DNA of 53,473 nucleotides from Alphaproteobacteria bacterium (GTDB taxonomy: Bacteria; Pseudomonadota; Alphaproteobacteria; Rs-D84), in assembly GCA_017554665.1 (NCBI GenBank), contig JAFZHX010000038.1:1-53473 (forward strand), given 5' to 3'. The notes beneath the pieces were generated by a model, which was given only the letters and a program-made list of their open reading frames with translations, searched no databases and had not been told where the DNA came from. A program made the translations under genes and the position numbers. This document shows, in pieces, positions 18,679 through 30,247 of this stretch; positions within the stretch are counted from its first letter, which is position 1, and every line of letters starts with the position of its first letter.

Positions 18679-18845
18679 GTGTTCTCCTTTTTTGACCCCA
18701 CATCATTTACTGGGTTATGCTTTTATTCGTAGCACATATATTTACTTTATCAACAAAAACTTTTTTTATTTTTTTGAAAATTCAAAGAAACCGTGAACAT
18801 CAACAAAACCAAAGGTTAAACAAAAAATTATTAAAAATAATTTGT

Positions 18846-18877
18846 AAAAAAAATGTCCCGTTTGGGACATTTTTTTA
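18846..18877 (-). terminator. Rho-independent terminator after the giant autotransporter
   Basis: aaaaaaatgtccc-gttt-gggacattttttt. Confidence 0.75.
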
Positions 18878-21800
18878 AAAACGATACGAACCTGATACTT
18901 TTATATTATGCAATTGTACATTTTCATTATACTGGTATCTATAATCTACACCAACTTGCATTCCGCGTGCGGACAAGAACTCAACACCACCGCCAATATT
19001 TGCCCACAAAGGATTTATTTCGATATCGTATTCAGAATACTTTGTTGTTGTTGCGAATTTATATTCTACAGAATTATTTATACCCAGCACATCATATTCA
19101 GCACCAATACTTGCATAAGGACGAATTTGGAACGAAGCTGATGGATAAATTCTTTTCTGTGCTGTCAAAGAATATCCCGCAGTAGCAACCGAATATCCGT
19201 CTAAATTCATCTCCATATATTCACTACCTGCTGCATCTTCTGTAATGCTCATACCAGAGTTGTATCCAACACGACCATATACATTACCAACAAAGTATTG
19301 ATTTAACAGATTATGCATCCAACCAAATTCAGACATCAAGCTAACCGCCGCACCAGAACCTTCTATTGTATCAACAAAAGACTGATCACGTTGTACATTT
19401 ACCACATGTATATCAGCAAACAAATTACCATACACACGATTATCTTCATTAAATGTCTTCATAAAATATCCACCCAACCCGATATTTGTATCAGAAACTT
19501 GGCTATCGATATTTCCATACTGTGTAACTGTGCCATAACTTAAATCAACCTCTTTGTCCAAGAGAGATGTAGAGTGTGTGATATGACCTGTAAAACCTAA
19601 AATCAAGTCTTCAGATTCTTGCCAGTCAAAACCACCAGAAATACTAAATCTATCACCGTCTATATGATTACCAGCAATTGTATTTTGATAGAACATGCCG
19701 AAATCTACATCCATCCAAGACTTTTTCAAGCTACGTCCACGATTCCATATAAATTCATCGAACATTCTATCTTCAAAAGAACGGAATACTGTATGTTCAT
19801 TCAAAGCCATAGTTGTAGCAATCTGTTCTATTTCATAAGCTTCAAACAAGCTACTAAATCTTGTCAAAGCTTCTCCATTACGTTCTACGATATAGCTTTC
19901 CATACGATTATACAGTTCCGAAGCAACCTGTGATAAGTTTGTTCCCTTGAACACAGTTGGTATAACTTCGATAGGAGTTCTGTTATAGAACTTTTTAGCT
20001 TCTAAACGACCCGCTATCATATTATCCAAAGCGTCTGCTGCTGCAGATTCAGAAGTAGTACTTTTTTGCTCACGACTAACAATCGGATGAATATCGAACA
20101 CCTGTACAGGGCCACCGAACTGATTATCAAACACGATATACACACTATCTGCCTGACCATCGTTATTTGTATCACGAACAGTCGCATACGCAGGCAAGCC
20201 ATCTGGGTTATTTTCATCCAAATCATTAAAGTAAGGAACACAAACAGAACCATCTGCATTACAGAACTTAATATTCATATTACGGATATTTGTATCAAAG
20301 TTATAAACCCCGCCTTCTGCATACAACAACCAAACAGCCTTATTTGCATCAACTATATCAAACAAGCTAACACCAAACTGTCCATCTTCTAATACCGGAG
20401 AATCAACGCTACCCAAATCACCTATACTTAAGTCGGCAACAAATTTACCACCAACATTAATCAAAGCACTTGCGTCCGAAGTATGTACAATCTTGCCGTA
20501 ACTATCATCATCATTCAGACTAATGCTTCCCCAATAATTAACATCTGTTGTATTCATACCAGAGCCTGCCGCATAAGGCAAAACCGCAACATTAAGAGCA
20601 CTGTTTTCATTAAAGGTATAGTTATTACCAATAAACATTTTTTCTAAACCAATAAAATCAACATTACCCGAAACATCACCGCCTACTACAACATTCATCC
20701 AGTTATTTACAGGACTTGCTGCAATTCGCAAATCAGATGCAACAATATCGCCGTCAATTTGAACGTCACTAGAGTTGATTACCAAAGAACCACTTTGCGC
20801 AATACCACCAACATGAACATTACCCAAATTCATAACATAGTCAGCATTATTAATGATAACCGAAGCATCAGCTACCTCCTGCCCTAAAACACCATTAGAA
20901 TAGAACATACCAGCAGTACTTAAACCTGTACTTGTAAAGATTATGTTACCACCATTTACAGCAACAGAATCTACCGCAATTTCATTTGCCCCTGAATCAA
21001 GTTCCAGCAATCCTGCATCGTTAACAATGGCACCAGACAAAGAGATTCCATTATCAGCGACAATATTTGTATAACCGCTATTTAACAAATCGTTTGCTAC
21101 AAATTTATTTGCAACATCAAATTCTACAAAAGTACTTCCTGCAATATTTAAATCACCTGTCAAATTAACATCCGAAGCAATTTTATACAGCATATCGCCA
21201 GTTTCTGCGAACATATTTCCTGTAACAATCAAATTATCTACAACCAGCTCATCCATATTTAGCAGGTTCAAGTTTCCAGAAACACCACCCTGTGAAACAT
21301 TTCCTGCTACATACAAATCATTATTAGCAAGAGACATACTTGGCGCATAAAGATTTACATTGCCACCATAAACGCTTATTCCCTGTGCGCTAATTGTATC
21401 TGCATACAAATCCATATTACCTGAATTATTCACAATAGCCCCTGCTACATCCAATTTATCAATAGCAGTACCAGAATCTACATAAGCTATTTTAAAGTTA
21501 CCACTATTCGTTATAGAGTTCACAGACACATTGTCAAAAACCAGTACATTTACAGTTCCATTGACCGCATTAGTAATATTTTGCAATGTAACACTTTGAG
21601 TATTTAGACTAAGCACTCCAGAATTGCTTATCGAACCAGCGATATCAATTGTATTTTCTGCGCTTAACACCAAAGTTCCAGCACTAGTAATATCGCTTGA
21701 TACAGAAAGATCTTTTTCAGACTCTACATACAAAGTCTTTGCTGTTTTTACATCAATTCCGTCCAAGAAAACATCATAGTTCGCATTGTCTGACTTTAAT

Positions 21801-24004
21801 GTAAACATAGGAGTATCTAACAAAGAAATTCCCGCACCAGTTGTAACAACATCATCAAATCTAAGCATGCCATTGACATTAATATCACTATCAGTTACAA
21901 TCAAAGAAGAGCCGTGTCCTCTTATTAAACCTTGATTATCCAAAACGCTAATATTGGCCAAGCTTGAATAAATTTCAAACACACCGTCCGAGCTAACACT
22001 TACTGTATCTGTAACATTCAGCACAGAAGCCACACTAGAAGTTTCATCACCAAAAGCAACACGACTGCCAACAATATTAACATTATTTACATTAACATCA
22101 TCAGACGCCAGCTGTAAAGAATATCCAGAGTTAGTTGCATCAATATTATCTAAATTAACCGAGCCATCAGCGCCAAAAACAAGGCTGGTCGACCCTACAT
22201 TAATATTACCCGCAACATTTGCCGTACCGCCCAGCACAATATTATTAGCAGTTACATCACCACCAGCTAACAACAGAGCAAGTTTATTTGAAAGATTTAA
22301 TACACCATTACCAACAGTTACCCCATATGTAACCGTAGCACCCGAAGTTGCACTAAGATTAACAGCGCCACCCTCTACATTAAGTCTGCCAGCAGCCACA
22401 GTAGAACCAGAAACATTAAAATCACCGGATTTATTATTTAATTCACCTGTAACACTTATATTTTTAGCATTTAATATCAAGTTTCCTGTATCATTAGTTA
22501 TATTACCACCAATTAATACACTACCCAAACCATCCATAGGCGAACCAATTTTCAACACCGAGCCAGCACCACTATTTGCAACATCTTGCAGTTCCAAACT
22601 AGATGCACTCAGATTCAAATTTCCTTGATTTGTTACCAAAGCACCTGCTTTCAAAGAATTAGATGCAGAAATTATTGAAGATGCACCATTAACAACTTCT
22701 ATTGCTGCGCTAACCCCATCTATATTTTGACCACCCAACACAATATTATTGGCAGAAACTTTCATTGTATTATCAGTTCCTGTTACAGTCGCATTATCCG
22801 AAATATAATCAGCAGACAAAGTTCCAGAAACATTCAATAACATTCTAGAAGTGCTGTTTTCATTTACAATTACCGAAGCTTCTAAATCACCATCTGTTAC
22901 ATTCAGCTTAAAATCCGTCAAGCTATTTAACAGTGCTTTATTTGCACCCAAATTCATCTGCCCAGTAGTCAGCGAGAACACACCACCAGTCAAACTCCAT
23001 CCAGAAGCCAAGCTTGTCAGACCTGTAACATTAGCTACAAAATCATTAGAGCTAACAAAAGAATAACCATCTGCCCCTATTCCCAAAACTTGCCAAGATT
23101 GCAAATTTTGCAATACCATTTTTCCAGTATCTGAATCGTGCTTCATAGTACCAGCAACACTCAAAGCACCGTTACTTATAACCATAGACAAACCAGAATT
23201 TTCTAGTCCGCCGCCTATTGTAATATCACCGGCTGCCGACAACAAAACAGAAGAAGTCTGAGAATTATTCTGCACACCACATGTAATTTCCATATCTCCA
23301 GCTGCAACAACACTAGCTGTTCCGTCCAACACAGTCAGACCACCAAGACCGACATCACCACCTGTAGTAGCACCGCCTCCCTGATCCAACAAAGCTGTTT
23401 TCAAATTTAAAATACCACTCGAGTTAACATTACCAACAGTTATACTGCCTACATTATCTGCTTTAAAGGCAGCCGAAGAAGCAATCGATACTGCACCATT
23501 AACTTTTACATCTTTCAAATTCAAAAAACACAAAGACGAATCGGCACCAACAAGCCCTACACTTCCCGCAGAAAAAGAAGCATCAAGAACACCAGTAGCA
23601 GTATTCTCTGAACCTAAGACAGACAAACTCCAACCATCCAGAACCTGTAACAAAGAGCCGATAGAAACCCCACGCACAGATGAAATCTCAAAGCTTTTAT
23701 TGGCATTCGCTACATCCATAATATACAAATTACCACTGGTTCCCAACCCTGATTCAGATGCCTGACCAACAACCATATTATTCGAAAAAGTTATACCATA
23801 ATCACCAATTGCCTGAACATCATTCAAAGAGCTTCCAGCATTAATCTGTACCGTCTGCCCATTTTCAACAGCATTCTGCCAAACAGATAAATTAGTAAAA
23901 ACAATACCATCCGAAGACACATTGCTATCTTCAATCTTAACAACATCAGCCACGGCACCCATTGGCAACACACAGCACAACAAAGAAATTATCTTTTTAA
24001 ACAT
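18875..24004 (-). CDS. Giant autotransporter/adhesin-like protein (about 1709 aa)
   Basis: Signal peptide MFKKIISLLCCVLPMGAVA. I placed the start at the ATG at 24004; the ORF track extends to 24061. The long G/N/S/V/L-rich passenger is beta-helix-like. The C-terminal barrel ends VSGSYRF. Confidence 0.8.
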   Translation of the reverse strand: MFKKIISLLCCVLPMGAVADVVKIEDSNVSSDGIVFTNLSVWQNAVENGQTVQINAGSSLNDVQAIGDYGITFSNNMVVGQASESGLGTSGNLYIMDVANANKSFEISSVRGVSIGSLLQVLDGWSLSVLGSENTATGVLDASFSAGSVGLVGADSSLCFLNLKDVKVNGAVSIASSAAFKADNVGSITVGNVNSSGILNLKTALLDQGGGATTGGDVGLGGLTVLDGTASVVAAGDMEITCGVQNNSQTSSVLLSAAGDITIGGGLENSGLSMVISNGALSVAGTMKHDSDTGKMVLQNLQSWQVLGIGADGYSFVSSNDFVANVTGLTSLASGWSLTGGVFSLTTGQMNLGANKALLNSLTDFKLNVTDGDLEASVIVNENSTSRMLLNVSGTLSADYISDNATVTGTDNTMKVSANNIVLGGQNIDGVSAAIEVVNGASSIISASNSLKAGALVTNQGNLNLSASSLELQDVANSGAGSVLKIGSPMDGLGSVLIGGNITNDTGNLILNAKNISVTGELNNKSGDFNVSGSTVAAGRLNVEGGAVNLSATSGATVTYGVTVGNGVLNLSNKLALLLAGGDVTANNIVLGGTANVAGNINVGSTSLVFGADGSVNLDNIDATNSGYSLQLASDDVNVNNVNIVGSRVAFGDETSSVASVLNVTDTVSVSSDGVFEIYSSLANISVLDNQGLIRGHGSSLIVTDSDINVNGMLRFDDVVTTGAGISLLDTPMFTLKSDNANYDVFLDGIDVKTAKTLYVESEKDLSVSSDITSAGTLVLSAENTIDIAGSISNSGVLSLNTQSVTLQNITNAVNGTVNVLVFDNVSVNSITNSGNFKIAYVDSGTAIDKLDVAGAIVNNSGNMDLYADTISAQGISVYGGNVNLYAPSMSLANNDLYVAGNVSQGGVSGNLNLLNMDELVVDNLIVTGNMFAETGDMLYKIASDVNLTGDLNIAGSTFVEFDVANKFVANDLLNSGYTNIVADNGISLSGAIVNDAGLLELDSGANEIAVDSVAVNGGNIIFTSTGLSTAGMFYSNGVLGQEVADASVIINNADYVMNLGNVHVGGIAQSGSLVINSSDVQIDGDIVASDLRIAASPVNNWMNVVVGGDVSGNVDFIGLEKMFIGNNYTFNENSALNVAVLPYAAGSGMNTTDVNYWGSISLNDDDSYGKIVHTSDASALINVGGKFVADLSIGDLGSVDSPVLEDGQFGVSLFDIVDANKAVWLLYAEGGVYNFDTNIRNMNIKFCNADGSVCVPYFNDLDENNPDGLPAYATVRDTNNDGQADSVYIVFDNQFGGPVQVFDIHPIVSREQKSTTSESAAADALDNMIAGRLEAKKFYNRTPIEVIPTVFKGTNLSQVASELYNRMESYIVERNGEALTRFSSLFEAYEIEQIATTMALNEHTVFRSFEDRMFDEFIWNRGRSLKKSWMDVDFGMFYQNTIAGNHIDGDRFSISGGFDWQESEDLILGFTGHITHSTSLLDKEVDLSYGTVTQYGNIDSQVSDTNIGLGGYFMKTFNEDNRVYGNLFADIHVVNVQRDQSFVDTIEGSGAAVSLMSEFGWMHNLLNQYFVGNVYGRVGYNSGMSITEDAAGSEYMEMNLDGYSVATAGYSLTAQKRIYPSASFQIRPYASIGAEYDVLGINNSVEYKFATTTKYSEYDIEINPLWANIGGGVEFLSARGMQVGVDYRYQYNENVQLHNIKVSGSYRF

Positions 24005-24042
24005 TTTTTCTTCTTTTATTCCATTCCTAAATATGGTTATAA

Positions 24043-25377
<1,335 letters not shown>

Positions 25378-25396
25378 TCGCACCAGGAAGAAGAAT

Positions 25397-25424
25397 TGGG
25401 GGGCCGTGCAAACGCCCCCTTTTC
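25397..25424 (+). terminator. Hairpin plus T-run after eno
   Basis: gggggc-cgtgcaaac-gccccc followed by tttt. Confidence 0.55.
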
Positions 25425-25433
25425 AATATAAAA

Positions 25434-25640
25434 ATGATTGATATAACTACAATTTTACTATTCGCAAAATACGCAGTCTGCGTATTGATTTTAATCGCCA
25501 TAATATTGGCACCCGCTTGGATTGCCCGCCAAAACGGCAAAGGCAAACCAGACATGCACGCCGTCCGTCTTGGCAGTTGGGTTTTTGGTTGGTCTATTAT
25601 CGGTTGGTTATGGTCTGTTTTTTGGGCAACACGCAAATAA
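25434..25640 (+). CDS. Small membrane protein resembling the superinfection-immunity (Imm-like) family (68 aa)
   Basis: It has two TM helices. The ILAPAWIARQNGKG...GSWVFGWSIIGWLWSVFWA pattern resembles that family from memory. This is unverified. Confidence 0.5.
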   Translation: MIDITTILLFAKYAVCVLILIAIILAPAWIARQNGKGKPDMHAVRLGSWVFGWSIIGWLWSVFWATRK

Positions 25641-25648
25641 CCACAAAT

Positions 25649-26032
25649 TTACATTTTCTCGACATAATCCACATCAATTTGTGTTTTAAAAATTCCCCTA
25701 TCAACTTCACCGTATAATTTCACAGTATCTGTCGGAGCAACAGTTTGACCACGCCAATCTTCATTATCTATTTCTACTGTGATAGACCCTGTATTATCTT
25801 CGAACAAATATTTTTCATTTCCGATTCGTTGCAAGATACGCCCTTTTACAATAACAGGAACATCATCACGCATTTCATTCACTTGTTTTACGGTAACAAT
25901 AGTCTCTTCTCCGGCAACAAAACCACCACTTGGATTTGCCACCTGCTCTACCACTACCACCTCTTCAAAGTCTGCAAAAGCAGAGCCACACATTAACACT
26001 GCACTTAATACTGATATAGAAATTTTTTTCAT
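25649..26032 (-). CDS. YgiW/BOF-family periplasmic OB-fold protein
   Basis: Signal peptide MKKISISVLSAVLMCGSAFA. TVKQVNEMRDDVPVIVKGRILQRIGNEKYLFEDNTGSITVEIDNEDW is typical of the YgiW family. The start is the ATG at 26032. Confidence 0.75.
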   Translation of the reverse strand: MKKISISVLSAVLMCGSAFADFEEVVVVEQVANPSGGFVAGEETIVTVKQVNEMRDDVPVIVKGRILQRIGNEKYLFEDNTGSITVEIDNEDWRGQTVAPTDTVKLYGEVDRGIFKTQIDVDYVEKM

Positions 26033-26111
26033 ATTCTTCCCCTTTGGTTGTTTCCGTAAATTCATCATAACATCCCCCTGCAAACTTTTGTTTAGGAACC
26101 TTTGCTAAACA

Positions 26112-26139
26112 TTGACAAACTGCGTATTTGTATTATATT
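26112..26139 (+). promoter_or_regulatory. Candidate promoter for the S8 autotransporter
   Basis: TTGACA (26112-26117), a 16-nt spacer, then TATATT (26134-26139). The ATG at 26144 is only 4 nt downstream, which implies a very short leader or none. Confidence 0.35.
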
Positions 26140-26143
26140 AATA

Positions 26144-28024
26144 ATGTGTGGGTATGTTACCTGCCAAGCATGGAGAAAACGATTGAGTTCATATAGAACA
26201 TTTTTGTCAGCATTTATTAGTTGTGCAATTATGATTGCACCTGCTGTTGCAGCTCAAAACAAATGTAGCAATGATATGTACCGTCTTTCAAATCCTGAAA
26301 AATGCTCTAATACAAATCACTTGTCTTTTGCAACCAGCACAACAGTTGCTGGTGGTGGCCTGGTTTTAATTGGCGGCGCACTAGCTTTGTTTAGCAGTAC
26401 ATCCAGCAGCAATTCGACCGCCACCCCATCAAAAGCGACAACAACTCGCACTTCTTATGACGAAGTTGGCAACGACATCGACTATTCTCGTTATGCCAGC
26501 GCAATCGGTCAAAACTCATATACACGAAACGCAGTTCAATACGATGAAATTCGTTTAGGCTATTCTTTGGCACGTGGTTACACTGGGAAAAATTCAACTA
26601 TTGCTGTATTTGACTCTGGCATTGATACACCTCACGGCAACGCAGTTGTACACATTGCAACAGACCAAGTTGCACCTGATGCAAAAGTCGAATTGTACGA
26701 AGTATCAGATTCAAAAGACAAATTTAAATCATTTTATGAAATCGGCAACATTATTTCTTCTGCCCAAGGTGCTAACATTTATAATTTCAGCTGGGCTGAT
26801 ACAAGCTCTTTTGCGAACGAAGTTTATTCTCGTTCTCAATTTGAATATATGACCGACCCACATTTTGTAGAGTCTTTAACACAAGCCGCCACACAACACG
26901 ATGCTATTTTCGTTTGGGCAGCCGGCAATGAATACAATTATCAATCAAGTTCTTTATCTGCGATGCCACGCGTTATTCCAGAATTAAAAGGCCACTTTGT
27001 AAATGTAGTTGCATGGGACAGCGAAACACAATCTTTGGCAACATTTAGTAATGCGTGTGGTGTTACTATGAACTATTGTATAACAGCACCTGGCACAGAC
27101 CTAAAATCAAGCCAATCAAACAAAGACTTGAATGGCACCAGCTTTGCAGCACCAATTGTATCCGCAGCGATTGCAGTTATTCGCGAAGCATTTCCATACA
27201 TGAAATCAAGTGAAATCACAAACTTGCTATTCACTACAGCTCGCGATTTAGGCGATATCGGTGTTGATAAAATATACGGTCATGGCATGCTGGATATGGA
27301 GCGCGCTACCCGCCCTGTTGGCGCAACAACTGTTCCTTTGGCAGACGGCTCTAATATCGCCATGCAGAACTCTCGCTTGGGAAGCACAATCGGTAATCAA
27401 ATAAAAGCAAGAAATATCAAATTGTCTTTTGTTGACAGCTTTGGTCGTGCTTTTGAAACGAACTTGAACGACAATATCACCATCAAAAATCGCGGCATTG
27501 GTTTTGAAAGACTAAAAGACAACAACATCAACAATGTAAAAATTGGCAACATTGAAATTGGCTTTAAGCAAACAGACATGTTAAATGCCAGCGGCATTTT
27601 ACAGACAAAATCACACGACATTTTAAGTTTTATTGGTTTCCAAGACAAAATCAACCTGGGTCAAATTACTTTATCATACCGCACAACATTTGGCACAATG
27701 AACCCAGAAACCACACCAGAATCTATTATATCCGATTTTTCTAGCATATACACAGCATCTGCGAACATTGCTATCCAGTATAAAGATTTCAGTTTTTCAG
27801 TTGGCACCCCAAACACAATTATTGGTGGCGACATGCAATTACACACCCTATCAAGTCGCAATGCTAATGGAGACTATGTATTTAGCGACCACACAATTGA
27901 TATGGTTTCCACACCGTCAATAGAATACAGCGCTTCATACAAATCTGTAACTATGGGCTTTGTTGACAATCCTTATGGCACAGACGAGTTTTATATTTTA
28001 ACTAAAACAAACATTCGCTTCTAA
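26144..28024 (+). CDS. Subtilisin-like (S8) serine protease autotransporter
   Basis: The extended signal peptide ends AVAA|Q. The catalytic motifs are AVFDSGID (Asp), TPHGNAVV (His) and NGTSFAAPIVSAA (Ser). The C-terminal ~250 aa look like a beta-barrel and end TNIRF. The ORF track starts at the TTG at 26102; the ATG at 26144 is more likely. Confidence 0.8.
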   Translation: MCGYVTCQAWRKRLSSYRTFLSAFISCAIMIAPAVAAQNKCSNDMYRLSNPEKCSNTNHLSFATSTTVAGGGLVLIGGALALFSSTSSSNSTATPSKATTTRTSYDEVGNDIDYSRYASAIGQNSYTRNAVQYDEIRLGYSLARGYTGKNSTIAVFDSGIDTPHGNAVVHIATDQVAPDAKVELYEVSDSKDKFKSFYEIGNIISSAQGANIYNFSWADTSSFANEVYSRSQFEYMTDPHFVESLTQAATQHDAIFVWAAGNEYNYQSSSLSAMPRVIPELKGHFVNVVAWDSETQSLATFSNACGVTMNYCITAPGTDLKSSQSNKDLNGTSFAAPIVSAAIAVIREAFPYMKSSEITNLLFTTARDLGDIGVDKIYGHGMLDMERATRPVGATTVPLADGSNIAMQNSRLGSTIGNQIKARNIKLSFVDSFGRAFETNLNDNITIKNRGIGFERLKDNNINNVKIGNIEIGFKQTDMLNASGILQTKSHDILSFIGFQDKINLGQITLSYRTTFGTMNPETTPESIISDFSSIYTASANIAIQYKDFSFSVGTPNTIIGGDMQLHTLSSRNANGDYVFSDHTIDMVSTPSIEYSASYKSVTMGFVDNPYGTDEFYILTKTNIRF

Positions 28025-28098
28025 AAAAAACTTGCTTTTTAACATCATAATTGCTCAAATAAATCATAGAAAAAAAACAATTAACAAAGGAAGCGATT

Positions 28099-28551
28099 AT
28101 GGCAGGAAGTATAAATAAGGTTATTTTAGTTGGAAACATTGGCCAAGAACCTCAGGTTCGCACAATGGGCAATGGTCAAAAAGTTGTCAGTTTTTCATTA
28201 GCAACATCTGACCGTTGGCGCGATCGTGCAACAGGCGAACAGAAAGAACAAACAGAATGGCATCGCGTTGTTATTTTTAATTCTAACTTGGTCGAAGTTG
28301 CAGAACGCATGTTGCAAAAAGGCACAAAACTATATCTAGAAGGTTCATTACGCACACGCAAATGGCAAAATCAATCTGGCGCAGATATGTTCACAACCGA
28401 AGTTGTATTGAATCAATTTGCGGGTCAAATGGTCATCTTGTCTGGTGCAAAAACAGTTGAAGGTGGCGACTATGGTTCCAGCGCACCAGCAGCACTACAG
28501 CCACGCGAAGAAATATCAGTTTCTGAAATCGGTGACGATATCCCATTTTAA
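28099..28551 (+). CDS. ssb: Single-stranded DNA-binding protein
   Basis: [26 protein letters not shown] and the acidic tip DDIPF are present. Confidence 0.95.
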   Translation: MAGSINKVILVGNIGQEPQVRTMGNGQKVVSFSLATSDRWRDRATGEQKEQTEWHRVVIFNSNLVEVAERMLQKGTKLYLEGSLRTRKWQNQSGADMFTTEVVLNQFAGQMVILSGAKTVEGGDYGSSAPAALQPREEISVSEIGDDIPF

Positions 28552-28579
28552 AAACCGCCCTAAACGGGGCGTTTTTTTT
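28551..28579. terminator. Bidirectional rho-independent terminator
   Basis: aaaaccgccc-taaac-ggggcgtttttttt, located between convergent genes. Confidence 0.75.
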
Positions 28580-28604
28580 ACATAAAACACAACTTTGCAA
28601 AAAC

Positions 28605-29702
28605 TTATTCCTCACACAATTCTACTGCATAGAATTCATCGGAAGACATAAGGTTAGCAGAACCACAATAAACACGATAATTACATGTGCGTTCTGGTTT
28701 TCCTAATAATTTCCATGACGCCAGTGGCACAACATTTATCAAGCAATAACCATCCTGAACATATTGTTGCGCTTCATTCACAGACAAAAACTTTGCATTT
28801 GCGGGTTTATTTGTAATCTTATACAAATCTTCAGTTGCAGGCACACGTATCAAAAAGTCTTTTCTTTTACCTTCTGCCAAAACAGCAGCACATTCATCTC
28901 CACAATCTTTTATAGCCTGACGCACAGTTTGAACTGCTTTCGAGTCAGAATAGATAAACTGATTTATTTTATACAAAACTTCGCAAGCATCTTTTTCATG
29001 ATCTTCTATTACTCCATCGTTTTGATATAGCTTCATATTGGAATAATCCCAATTTTGTGAAAGCAACAAAGCATCTTTCTGGGTCAGCACAATATGTTCA
29101 ACACCAATCTGCAATGCTAACTGATTACATTGAGTATTCATACAATATATTTTTTTAGTAATATCATTTATGCATCTTTCTATTTTATTTGGCATTTTAT
29201 AATTATGATTAAAAGGTACTTTAGCACTCCAATTTCTACCTATATATTCTTCTTTCACAGGCTGACAAAAATGCCCTATGCTATATTCTCTACCTTCTGC
29301 ATTAGTTGTTTTTTCTCCTATAAAATTAAGGTCATACTGCAAAATTTGCTTATCAGCGATATCGGCATAAATACTCAACAACGCAGTTCTTTCAGAACCA
29401 GGGAAATTACCTTTATAAGATAGACGAACATATCCAAATTCACCGTGATCTTTAGCTTCTATAACTTTTTCAAATACGGTTGTTATATTATCTACTGTAA
29501 CTTTCGCATAATCTTCATAAGTAGTAACTTTCACATTTATTTTTGTATCATTTGTATCAAAATCTCCATAAGCATTTTTTAAATACAAAGCATTTACATT
29601 CGACCAATATTTATCCACTTCACAAGACAACTCCACATCAGAAGTCGCACTGTCGCATCCAGCAAGTGCAATAACAGGCAATAAAAACAACATTTTTTTC
29701 AT
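28605..29702 (-). CDS. Hypothetical Cys-containing lipoprotein (about 365 aa)
   Basis: Lipobox LAGC in MKKMLFLLPVIALAGCDS. The start at 29702 follows GGGAGAG. There are about a dozen Cys. I recognise no family. Confidence 0.7.
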   Translation of the reverse strand: MKKMLFLLPVIALAGCDSATSDVELSCEVDKYWSNVNALYLKNAYGDFDTNDTKINVKVTTYEDYAKVTVDNITTVFEKVIEAKDHGEFGYVRLSYKGNFPGSERTALLSIYADIADKQILQYDLNFIGEKTTNAEGREYSIGHFCQPVKEEYIGRNWSAKVPFNHNYKMPNKIERCINDITKKIYCMNTQCNQLALQIGVEHIVLTQKDALLLSQNWDYSNMKLYQNDGVIEDHEKDACEVLYKINQFIYSDSKAVQTVRQAIKDCGDECAAVLAEGKRKDFLIRVPATEDLYKITNKPANAKFLSVNEAQQYVQDGYCLINVVPLASWKLLGKPERTCNYRVYCGSANLMSSDEFYAVELCEE

Positions 29703-29806
29703 AGACTCTCTCCCTTTTATTCCAGACAAAGACATTATACCATAAAAAATAACACTTGTACAAACAATCCTATTTTTATAAAATTCTAATAACCAAGGAG
29801 ACAACA

Positions 29807-30184
29807 ATGAAAAAATTATTTATTTTATCTGCCCTATTATGCTTATGCGCATGCGATAACAACACCGAAGCTACCGCAGCTTCTGGTTTGTGTCTCAGAA
29901 ATGCAAAAACAATTACTACAACAGAACAAAATGGCGAAGTTGTCAAAACAACAACCACAGAATTATTCTTATGCAAATGTTTTACAAACAAAGATTCTTT
30001 TATGATGCCACAAGATGAATTTGCATTTGAAGTCAGTACCACAGATACAGCCAACGGAATCGAACCATCTGTTGAATATACAGAACACACCAAAACAGAA
30101 ACTTTTGCAGAATCAACCACAAAACAAAGCGTTCACAGCGACTGCGATAAAAGTTGTACAAAAGCATGTCAAAAAAAGCTGTAA
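29807..30184 (+). CDS. Small hypothetical lipoprotein (125 aa) with a Cys-rich tail
   Basis: AAGGAG SD and lipobox LCACD. It is Thr-rich and its C-terminus reads CDKSCTKACQKKL. Confidence 0.65.
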   Translation: MKKLFILSALLCLCACDNNTEATAASGLCLRNAKTITTTEQNGEVVKTTTTELFLCKCFTNKDSFMMPQDEFAFEVSTTDTANGIEPSVEYTEHTKTETFAESTTKQSVHSDCDKSCTKACQKKL

Positions 30185-30196
30185 ACAACATTTGCA

Positions 30197-30226
30197 CAAA
30201 AAACCGCCCCAAATGGGGCGTTTTTT
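30197..30226. terminator. Bidirectional rho-independent terminator
   Basis: aaaaaaccgcccc-aaa-tggggcgtttttt. Confidence 0.75.
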
Positions 30227-30247
30227 ATAGAATCAATTTATCTGCAA

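Noticed and set aside
25434-26083. A prophage remnant suggested by the Imm-like gene
   Set aside because: There are no integrase, capsid, tail or repressor genes. The flanks are eno and a YgiW-family gene, so a single small ORF is not evidence of a prophage.
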